Positions 8,695 through 15,619 of a DNA stretch of 15,619 nucleotides are shown one piece after another (the first letter of the stretch is position 1; each line of letters opens with the position of its first letter). Source of the stretch: Candidatus Latescibacterota bacterium. GTDB lineage: Bacteria > Latescibacterota > UBA2968. A program made the position numbers and the translations under genes. The DNA lies in the NCBI GenBank assembly GCA_038279365.1, contig JAYODI010000105.1, positions 1,651-17,269 on the forward strand, given 5' to 3'. The notes under the pieces were generated by a model. The model searched no databases. It had not been told where the DNA came from and saw nothing but the letters and a program-made list of their open reading frames with translations.

Positions 8695-10032
8695 TTATCT
8701 GGCGTGAATATACCGCTCGACCCGTTCCAATAACAACGAGACCTGAAATGGTTTGGCAATATAATCATTGGCTCCACATTCAATGGCTTCGGTCACCATA
8801 CGTACATCTGTTACCGAGGTAAGCATCACCACCGGCGTGGTTCGCAACTCATTATTGCCACGAATAATGCGCAAGGCATCAATGCCATCCATCACCGGCA
8901 TCAGCACATCCAACAATATCAAATCGGGTTTTTCACGCTCGGCAAGGGCCACGGCTTCTTGGCCATTAAACGCAATCACCACATCATACCCCATGCGTTT
9001 GAGCATGTTGCTTATGGCAATGCGCGTTGCCGCAGAATCTTCTGCCACCAAAATCTTATTTTTTCGTCTTTGCGACTTTGACTGACGAATGGCTTTGCGC
9101 GACGAATCGCTATCGGGGATCTCTGCCTCATCAACATCAACACTTTTATCTTTATCATCAATGGGATGAAACAGCGTCTTAACCCGTTCAATCTCTGATG
9201 GCAACACATCCAACATCTCATCAATTTGTTTGGGTTCCAAATCGAGCAACTTGGCCCCACGGCTATAAAGCACCTCCAAAGCCGCAACATTTTCACGATC
9301 AAACAACGCAACAGCCATCAAATTGGACACCGCCAAAATACTGGTCTCTGTTTGCAAATTGTGATTGCGCACCTCAGATGGCATCTCATCACCAAGCTCG
9401 GAAAAATGATGGTGTTTAATCGGAATCCGCAAACTGGCAGGCAAATTCCAATGCGCAGCCAAACGCCCCCCAATTTCGGAATGATCCGTTTGAAGCACTT
9501 CGCGCTCAGCAACAGCAATATGTATCTGGCGTTCTTTGGCAAGTGCAAGCGAATAGCCATAAACCAAAGGTGTATAACGCACCAATAAACAGGTGCCAAT
9601 GTCTTGTAACAAAGCTGTTGTAAAAATGCCATAAGACAAATCGGGGTTGACTGCGGCTGTAATCTTAACCGCCGAAACAGCTTGTCCCACACAGTGTTCC
9701 CAAAAAGTTTGAAAACTAAACCCAAAGGTCTCATCTTGGGGCAATATGCCCATAACCGACAACCCCAAAGCCAAATTGCCGACCTCGCGAAACCCCATGA
9801 GCCCCACAGCTTCAGATACGCTGGTAATACCACGCGAAAAGCCATAGAATGGTGAATTGATCACTTGTAAGACCTTGGCAGACAATGCCAAATCTTTTTC
9901 GATCAATACGGCCACTTCTTTTACAGATGCATCTGCATCAGATGTTACCTGCATCACCTTGGTTGCCACAGTGGGCAACGTAGGCAAGTTATCGGCCTTT
10001 TCGATAATATTTAGGATATCACTGGTTTGCAT
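8695..10032 (-). CDS. HDOD domain protein with C-terminal response-regulator receiver domain
   Basis: HDOD motifs LPTLP, DLALSAKVLQVINSPFYG, FWEHC, LLQDIG, DHSEIG...WNLP...HHH. Receiver motifs VAEDS, LLDVLMPVMDG, MLTS, YIAKPF. Start placed at ATG 10032 (10044 is an alternative) because the track's TTG at 10110 falls inside a predicted -35 box. Confidence 0.9.
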   Translation of the reverse strand: MQTSDILNIIEKADNLPTLPTVATKVMQVTSDADASVKEVAVLIEKDLALSAKVLQVINSPFYGFSRGITSVSEAVGLMGFREVGNLALGLSVMGILPQDETFGFSFQTFWEHCVGQAVSAVKITAAVNPDLSYGIFTTALLQDIGTCLLVRYTPLVYGYSLALAKERQIHIAVAEREVLQTDHSEIGGRLAAHWNLPASLRIPIKHHHFSELGDEMPSEVRNHNLQTETSILAVSNLMAVALFDRENVAALEVLYSRGAKLLDLEPKQIDEMLDVLPSEIERVKTLFHPIDDKDKSVDVDEAEIPDSDSSRKAIRQSKSQRRKNKILVAEDSAATRIAISNMLKRMGYDVVIAFNGQEAVALAEREKPDLILLDVLMPVMDGIDALRIIRGNNELRTTPVVMLTSVTDVRMVTEAIECGANDYIAKPFQVSLLLERVERYIHAR

Positions 10033-10081
10033 CGATATCCACATCCCTTTAAAAGTAATAATGACATGAATTTGCACGGCA

Positions 10082-10110
10082 AAACTACACAAGCAAGCCA
10101 ACATCGTCAA
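10082..10110 (-). promoter_or_regulatory. Sigma70-type promoter for the HDOD-receiver gene
   Basis: Minus strand TTGACG (10110-10105), 17 nt, TAGTTT (10087-10082), with an AT-rich tract upstream of the -35. Confidence 0.6.
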
Positions 10111-10132
10111 CCCGTATTTAATTTTGCATCAT

Positions 10133-10151
10133 TGACCAATAACTTTGGTCA
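10133..10151. promoter_or_regulatory. Operator-like inverted repeat TGACCAA-N5-TTGGTCA
   Basis: Perfect 7-5-7 dyad about 20-40 bp upstream of the predicted -35 box. Confidence 0.45.
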
Positions 10152-10243
10152 GATTCGTCTGTTACTCGTTATGCTCATGAGCCACAAGACATCTTCTGTG
10201 TGTTCTCTTCGAGAACCTGCGTTTCGCGCACCTACAGGTTCGT

Positions 10244-11053
10244 CTATTCATCTATCTCAACCCGTCTAACCGCCTCAGACCAATCGCGCCACATATCTCC
10301 ATCAGGTGGTTCTTCTTGCACCTGAGATAGGTTAGATCGGCTAAAATCATACAACACCGCTTTGCGAATTTGCTGAGAATGATTGGGCGAAGCCGTATGC
10401 CCAATGCGATGATGCCAAAAAACAATATCCCCTGGCCCACCATGACAATCCATAAATTCGCCTTCTTCGCTAAACCAATCCCGATCTTTTTGATAGGCAT
10501 CTGTGGGTTCATAACTGTGCCGAGAGTAAAAATCGTTAAAAAAGGTGCGATGGCTCTTTGGCCAAACCGTAAACCCCCCTCCACCTGGTGGTACAAAATC
10601 AATATAACCCACCACACCCAAAAAAAATGGATGGGCATCGACATGGCACCCCGGTGGTCGATCTGCTTTTTCGCGCTCCCCATAAGGCAATGTGCAATAA
10701 ATACCCCGAATGCCTTGTGGTTCACGCAGTTGTGGGCCCAAAAGCTGTTCGACCATCGCACGAACAGACGCATTGCGTGGCAACATATCAACCATAAATG
10801 CATCACGGCCCGTTTCCCGATATTGCCACCGAAAATTGCGCCTAAAATTAATGCGATTGTCATCTTCTTCTTCGGGCTTAATTGGCCCAACCCACGTATT
10901 GGGATCATCAGGGTCAAAAGAAGGCGGTTTGCCATCCCAAAGTCGGGCACGGGCACGCGCCATCAGTTGGGGGTCTAACACACTGCGTTTAATGAGATAA
11001 CCATTGGTTTTAAAAAAACGAATATCATCTTCGGTTAAAGTGACCATACCCAT
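10244..11053 (-). CDS. PhyH-family (phytanoyl-CoA dioxygenase-like) Fe(II)/2-oxoglutarate oxygenase
   Basis: N-terminal LTEDDIRFFKTNGYL, HxD (CHVD), GGFTVWPKSH, PGDIVFWH...H...N...R (distal His and 2OG-binding Arg). SD GGGAG just upstream of ATG 11053. Confidence 0.88.
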   Translation of the reverse strand: MGMVTLTEDDIRFFKTNGYLIKRSVLDPQLMARARARLWDGKPPSFDPDDPNTWVGPIKPEEEDDNRINFRRNFRWQYRETGRDAFMVDMLPRNASVRAMVEQLLGPQLREPQGIRGIYCTLPYGEREKADRPPGCHVDAHPFFLGVVGYIDFVPPGGGGFTVWPKSHRTFFNDFYSRHSYEPTDAYQKDRDWFSEEGEFMDCHGGPGDIVFWHHRIGHTASPNHSQQIRKAVLYDFSRSNLSQVQEEPPDGDMWRDWSEAVRRVEIDE

Positions 11054-11146
11054 TGCTCCCTAAAGTGCTGTTTGGCCTAAAAGAACAAGTGAGAAGATAA
11101 TGTTCTTTGAACATAAATACAAGTCATGATCGCCCCAGTATTCTCA

Positions 11147-11175
11147 TTGACAACCACCATAGGCAAGTCTAACTT
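11147..11175 (+). promoter_or_regulatory. Sigma70-type promoter for the enolase-superfamily gene or operon
   Basis: TTGACA (11147-11152, perfect consensus), 17 nt, TAACTT (11170-11175). Confidence 0.7.
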
Positions 11176-11268
11176 AGGAATCACTAAAAACAGGCAATCA
11201 GCTTTCAACTTTTTAATTTTTTGATGACCGCTGACCTCTTTTCCCCCAACTGCTTGCAGGAGTTCCAA

Positions 11269-12402
11269 ATGCCCGATTTACACAAAGAAAAAATCACCCA
11301 AATTGAAAAAATAACGATGCGATTTAAACGGCCTCGTAACATTGGCTGCAATGCCCGCATTGGCAACCACGGCGACTCGGTCTCCGACCCCGTCATTCGC
11401 ATCCACACCAGCAGTGGTGCCGTAGGTGTAGGGTGGTCGCGCCTCACACAAGAACAAGCCCAAAGCTTGGTCGGTCAAACCATTGGAGACTTATTTGCCT
11501 TACCCACAGGCACAAACGAAAAAGGCGAGGTCATTGATTTGCCTCTATGGGATGTGGTTGCCAAACTCCACAACCAGCCCCTTTATCAGCTTTTGGGTGC
11601 TCGGGGTTCTCGCCATGTCGAACTCTATGATGGCTCCATTTACATCGACGACATAGACGCAACCGATGAAGAAGCCGTAGCCATTTTTCAACAAGAAGTA
11701 CAAACCGGTCATGACTTTGGGCTCAAAAACTTCAAAATCAAAATGGGGCGCGGCGCACGCTGGATGCCCATTCAAAAAGGTATCGAACGCGACATATTGG
11801 TCATTCACACCGTGAGAGAAGCCACAGGCCCCAATGCCAAAATCCTCATTGATGCCAACAATGGCACCACCTTAAATATTGCCAAACACATTCTCGAACG
11901 CTGTGAAGACGTTGGCATTTATTGGTTTGAAGAAGCCTTTCCCGAAGACCGCGCCTTTAATGAAGCCTTCAAAACCTTCATAGACGAAAAAGGTTATGAC
12001 ACCCTTGTTGCCGATGGTGAATCAGGCCCACCCCCACCCAATTTCTTCGACATGGTCGAACAAGGCTGGATCAACATTGTTCAACAAGATTTTCATTTTA
12101 AAGGACTTACATGGTGGCGTGAAACTGCCAATCGCATTGAGCCGTGGGGTGCCAAATGTGGCCCCCATACGTGGGGCAGTGTGCTCGAACGCTACGCGCA
12201 TGCCCATTTTGCCGCATCAGTCCCCCACTATTCTCTTTTAGAAGCCGCACCCGTTGATATGCCCGGCATTGTTCTCGACGGTTGGGATCTACAAGACGGT
12301 TGCCTCATTGTGCCCAACACACCCGGCATCGGTTTTGATCTGGAACCAGAGATCATAGAAAAAGGCGTACAAGCAGACAATGGATTTCGCATAAGCCACT
12401 AA
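11269..12402 (+). CDS. Enolase superfamily, mandelate racemase subgroup enzyme (probable acid-sugar dehydratase or racemase)
   Basis: DLPLWD...QPLYQLLG, KxK (FKIK), metal ligands IDANN / WFEEA / DGES, and a His-Asp dyad candidate (QQD...GPH). C-terminal VPNTPGIG. SD CAGGAG supports ATG 11269. Confidence 0.9.
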   Translation: MPDLHKEKITQIEKITMRFKRPRNIGCNARIGNHGDSVSDPVIRIHTSSGAVGVGWSRLTQEQAQSLVGQTIGDLFALPTGTNEKGEVIDLPLWDVVAKLHNQPLYQLLGARGSRHVELYDGSIYIDDIDATDEEAVAIFQQEVQTGHDFGLKNFKIKMGRGARWMPIQKGIERDILVIHTVREATGPNAKILIDANNGTTLNIAKHILERCEDVGIYWFEEAFPEDRAFNEAFKTFIDEKGYDTLVADGESGPPPPNFFDMVEQGWINIVQQDFHFKGLTWWRETANRIEPWGAKCGPHTWGSVLERYAHAHFAASVPHYSLLEAAPVDMPGIVLDGWDLQDGCLIVPNTPGIGFDLEPEIIEKGVQADNGFRISH

Positions 12403-12440
12403 AAAACTTTTATTTATACACTTAAAAAGAGTTGCAACAT

Positions 12441-13592
12441 ATGTCTTGGACACACATTAAAAATGCCCACATCTATGCCCCAGAAGATCTCGGCATCACC
12501 AACCTGCTCATTTGGAATGGACAAATTGTCTCAGTCGGTTCAGACGTTGCCCCCCCATCAGGTGTTGACGTTCAAACCTTCGAAGCCGAAGACTGCCCAC
12601 TCTTACCAGGGCTTATAGACCCCCACATCCACATCATGGGTGCCAGTGGTGCAGGAGGCCCCACCAACCGCACACCCGACCAACCCCTCTCGCGCCTCAC
12701 CTTAGCGGGCATCACCACCGTTGTTTCACCCCTTGGCACAGACAGCCTCAGCCGCACCCTTCCAGACCTGCTCATGCGCGCCGAAGCCGCCACAGCAGAA
12801 GGCATCACGGCCTATGCCTATACGGGCGGATGGGCCACGCCCGTGCCCACACTCACAGATGATGCCCTTTCCGATGTCACTTTTTTATCGCGTGTACTCG
12901 GCATCAAAGTCGCCATTGCAGAAGCCATGGCGCCGCCCTTATCGGTTGAACAACTCGCCCATTATGCCCACGCCGCCGTCATTGGTGGCAAATTGGTCAA
13001 CAAACGCGCCGTCTTACACGCCCACATTGGTGACCGCGCCGAAGGCTTGCAACCCCTTTGGGACGCAGGCAAACAATGTGGTTTGCCCTTAGACCGCTTT
13101 GTGGCCACACACATCAATCGAAATCCCGCACTTTTAGACATGGCCATAGACTTTGCCAAAGCAGGCGGCAGCGTTGATGTAACAAGCCAAATTCAAGTCG
13201 AGCGTGGATACAAACAAGCCACACCCGCCGCAAATGCCATCATGAAACTCATAGATGCCCAAGTGCCCTTTGAGCGCATCACCCTCTCTTCAGACAGCGG
13301 CGGCGCATATACCCAACAAGGCGAATCGCGCTTTCGGATGGCCCAGCCCAACACCTTGTGGCAAACCGTTCAAAGCCTCATCAAAATGGGGCTCTCCTAT
13401 TCACAAATTGCATCCGTAGCATCACACCATGCATCAGAGCTTCTTGGCCTCACACACAAAGGCCGCATTGCATCTGGCGCCGATGCCGATCTGATATTGC
13501 TCACACCGTCAGGCAATCTCAATTGTGTTTGGTCACGTGGCCAACTCATGGTTCAGAATAACCAAGCCCTTGTCACAAGCGATTACGAATAA
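12441..13592 (+). CDS. IadA-like (beta-aspartyl peptidase family) binuclear metal amidohydrolase with divergent substrate pocket
   Basis: IYAPE.LG, PGLIDPHIH, RTP, AGITTVV..LGTD, GIK (carbamylated Lys position), HAHIGD, THINR, SSD, KGRIASGADADL. The symbol iadA is withheld because key substrate residues differ (see findings). ATG 12441 preferred over TTG 12432. Confidence 0.85.
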   Translation: MSWTHIKNAHIYAPEDLGITNLLIWNGQIVSVGSDVAPPSGVDVQTFEAEDCPLLPGLIDPHIHIMGASGAGGPTNRTPDQPLSRLTLAGITTVVSPLGTDSLSRTLPDLLMRAEAATAEGITAYAYTGGWATPVPTLTDDALSDVTFLSRVLGIKVAIAEAMAPPLSVEQLAHYAHAAVIGGKLVNKRAVLHAHIGDRAEGLQPLWDAGKQCGLPLDRFVATHINRNPALLDMAIDFAKAGGSVDVTSQIQVERGYKQATPAANAIMKLIDAQVPFERITLSSDSGGAYTQQGESRFRMAQPNTLWQTVQSLIKMGLSYSQIASVASHHASELLGLTHKGRIASGADADLILLTPSGNLNCVWSRGQLMVQNNQALVTSDYE

Positions 13593-13594
13593 CT

Positions 13595-14362
13595 ATGCGT
13601 CCAGACCCCGGCAAACCCTATTACACGGCCTACGACAAACGGTATCGCGCAGTCTACCAACAAGGCCTACCCTATTGGAATGCCAATCCAGCAGACCTTA
13701 AATCCATTATTCTCTCCATTGATGGATTTATCATACGTCATCGCGTTCCACCCTATTCAAACGTTGCCGAATTTGGTTGTGGTGAAGGTTTTGTTGGGGT
13801 TTATTTGCTTGCACAACAATATGCCTACACAGGCATCGATATTTCACCTGCCGCATTAGAAAAAGCCACTGAGCGCATCGTTGCATACGGTGACCAAGGC
13901 CTCTTGCTTTGTGCCGACTTGCTCAACATCACTTCTTTCACCGAAGAAACATACGACGTGGGTATTGACGTAGGGTGCTTGCAAATGTTCATCACAGATG
14001 CCGACAGACAGCGGTATCTTAACAACCTTTATCGCATGCTCAAGCCCGGTGCACCTTTGTTGTTTTGTCGTCAGGCATTTGATGCCGATGCCATTGAAGG
14101 GCACATCGATTCCTATGACAACTGGCTCACCATCGCCAAACAAGATGTAGACATGCCTGAAATGCGAAATGCCTATAAAGAGGGTGTACCCTACCCCATT
14201 CAATTGCCCAACATTGCCACACGACCTCGCAACTTGGTTCACTATCAACAAGAACTCGAATTTGCCGGATTTGAATATCTCACTGGGCGCATCTCCAGCA
14301 CAGGCATACACGCCACCTTCGAAGTGCGCAAGCCCGCGCCCGAAAATGATGAGGCATATTAA
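13595..14362 (+). CDS. Class I SAM-dependent methyltransferase
   Basis: Motif I EFGCGEG, GIDIS, ADL, YDVGIDVGCL, LKPGA. Starts 2 nt after the upstream stop (TAActATG). Confidence 0.9.
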   Translation: MRPDPGKPYYTAYDKRYRAVYQQGLPYWNANPADLKSIILSIDGFIIRHRVPPYSNVAEFGCGEGFVGVYLLAQQYAYTGIDISPAALEKATERIVAYGDQGLLLCADLLNITSFTEETYDVGIDVGCLQMFITDADRQRYLNNLYRMLKPGAPLLFCRQAFDADAIEGHIDSYDNWLTIAKQDVDMPEMRNAYKEGVPYPIQLPNIATRPRNLVHYQQELEFAGFEYLTGRISSTGIHATFEVRKPAPENDEAY

Positions 14363-14371
14363 AACTATATG

Positions 14372-14463
14372 AAACGGCAAACGTGAATCGGCAAATGTAA
14401 AACCAAACACGCCTCTTCAGATTAATCAAAGCACCCCGTTTGCCATTTGCCGTTTGGCATTTC
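14372..14463. repeat. Two heptamer arrays in inverted orientation (imperfect long hairpin)
   Basis: AAACGGC AAACGTG AATCGGC AAATGTA (14372-14399) faces CCGTTTG CCATTTG CCGTTTG GCATTTC (14436-14463). 14372-14383 pairs with 14444-14455 at 11 of 12 positions. Confidence 0.7.
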
Positions 14464-14539
14464 ACTGACACCGCCAAATAAATCTGTAAATAAAACGGTG
14501 ATCATTCACCCAAACAATTTTAGAAAGGAACCCACCCTC

Positions 14540-15619
14540 ATGTCCACCTACAAAATCGCGGTCGTTCCCGGCGACGGCGTTGGCCCCGAAGTGATGGATG
14601 AAGCCCTCAAAGTATTGGCCGCACTTGAAAAACCCTACCCCAACTTGCGCTTTGTGTTGTCAGAACACCCCATTGGTGCGGCCTGCTACCAAAAAACAGG
14701 GACCGACTTACCCGAAGAAACACTCGAAGCCTGCAAAAGCAATGACGCCGTATTATTTGGTTCTGCCGGTGACCCCAACATCCGTTTTCCCGACGGCACA
14801 GAAATCGCCCCTCAACTCACCTTGCGCTTTAAGCTTGACCTCTATGCTGGTATTCGGCCCATCAAAAGTTATCCAGGTGTCACCCCCCTTCTCGCCAAAA
14901 ACCCACCCATCGACTACGTGATCATGCGCGAAAACACCGAAGGCCTTTATGCTTCGCGTGGTGCAGGTGTGCGTGTGGGTGAAGAAGTGGCCGTAGACAA
15001 TATGGTCATCACGCGCAAAGGCACCGAACGCATTGTCAAATATGCCTTCGAAATTGCCCAACAGCGCAACGGTGCCCCATCAGATGGCAAACGCCGTGTC
15101 ACTTGCGTAGACAAAGCCAACGTGCTCAAAAGCCAAGCCTTCTTCCGACAAATTTACGACGAAGTGGCCAACGATTATCCCGATACCGCACGCGACTATG
15201 CCTATGTCGATGCCTACACCGTCTATCAGGTACGCAAGCCCGACTTCTATGACGTGGTTGTTGCAGAAAACATGTTTGGCGACATCATCTCAGACCTCGC
15301 TGCAGGTACCATTGGTGGCTTGGGTATGGCCCCTTCTGCCGATGTCAACGAGCATCACGGTGTCTTCCAACCCTCTCATGGCACCGCACCCGATATTGCC
15401 GGGCAAAACATAGTCAACCCCATTGCCCAAATCTTATCAGCCGGTATGATGCTCACGTGGTTGGGCGCACAACACAACGACCCAGATGCCACAAACGCCG
15501 CCAAAACCATCGACGATGCCGTAGCCCGCGTCTTGGCCAGCAAAAAAGCCCACACCGGTGACTTGGGCGGCAAAGCCAAAACCACCGACGTAGGTGACGC
15601 TGTTGCTTCAGAAATTTAA
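14540..15619 (+). CDS. Isocitrate/isopropylmalate dehydrogenase family NAD-dependent beta-decarboxylating dehydrogenase (LeuB/tartrate dehydrogenase-like)
   Basis: PGDGVGPEV, LR...LY..IRP, RENTEGLY, VDKANV, YVD, NMFGDIISD, HGTAPDIAG..NP, TGDLGG. SD AAAGGA at 14524-14529 supports ATG 14540. The stop coincides with the window end. Confidence 0.92.
   Translation: MSTYKIAVVPGDGVGPEVMDEALKVLAALEKPYPNLRFVLSEHPIGAACYQKTGTDLPEETLEACKSNDAVLFGSAGDPNIRFPDGTEIAPQLTLRFKLDLYAGIRPIKSYPGVTPLLAKNPPIDYVIMRENTEGLYASRGAGVRVGEEVAVDNMVITRKGTERIVKYAFEIAQQRNGAPSDGKRRVTCVDKANVLKSQAFFRQIYDEVANDYPDTARDYAYVDAYTVYQVRKPDFYDVVVAENMFGDIISDLAAGTIGGLGMAPSADVNEHHGVFQPSHGTAPDIAGQNIVNPIAQILSAGMMLTWLGAQHNDPDATNAAKTIDDAVARVLASKKAHTGDLGGKAKTTDVGDAVASEI

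Noticed and set aside
10033..10110. N-terminal extension of the HDOD gene to TTG 10110 (likewise the 11221, 14447 and 4796 starts in the ORF track)
   Set aside because: The extensions overlap predicted promoter or repeat sequence, or the SD itself; downstream ATGs have better SD support or match the start of the domain.
10050..10243. c-di-GMP riboswitch upstream of the HDOD-receiver gene
   Set aside because: I could not find the class I (GEMM) two-stem pattern by eye; an Rfam scan would settle it.
10252..10978. 234-aa (-) and 202-aa (+) ORFs overlapping the PhyH gene
   Set aside because: No recognisable motifs; they lie wholly within a gene that carries a complete family signature.

Overview
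Chromosomal bacterial window with 11 well-supported genes and no rRNA, tRNA, CRISPR array, integrase or transposase that I can see. In order: (+) EltD-like Zn-dependent polyol dehydrogenase, DUF72/YecE protein, Tat-exported sulfatase; (-) EEP-fold lipoprotein, canonical full-length smc, an orphan HDOD-receiver protein, a PhyH-family Fe(II)/2OG dioxygenase; then divergently (+) an enolase-superfamily (mandelate racemase subgroup) enzyme, an IadA-like amidohydrolase, a class I SAM methyltransferase and a LeuB-like beta-decarboxylating dehydrogenase. Three sigma70-type promoters with 17-bp spacers, two intrinsic terminators, several operator-like palindromes and short 7-8 nt intergenic tandem repeats can be read directly from the sequence. 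I did not find a clear new multi-gene system. The best leads are: (i) the IadA-like enzyme keeps its metal centre but has lost most isoaspartyl-recognition residues and is tightly coupled to a methyltransferase; (ii) the LeuB-like enzyme has an altered specificity loop, which together with (i) hints at an uncharacterised catabolic cluster; (iii) a beta-clamp-binding-like motif ends the DUF72 protein; (iv) very strong strand-specific codon bias; (v) a cryptic in-frame coding stretch follows the sulfatase stop. Family assignments come from motif recognition and recalled reference sequences, not database searches.
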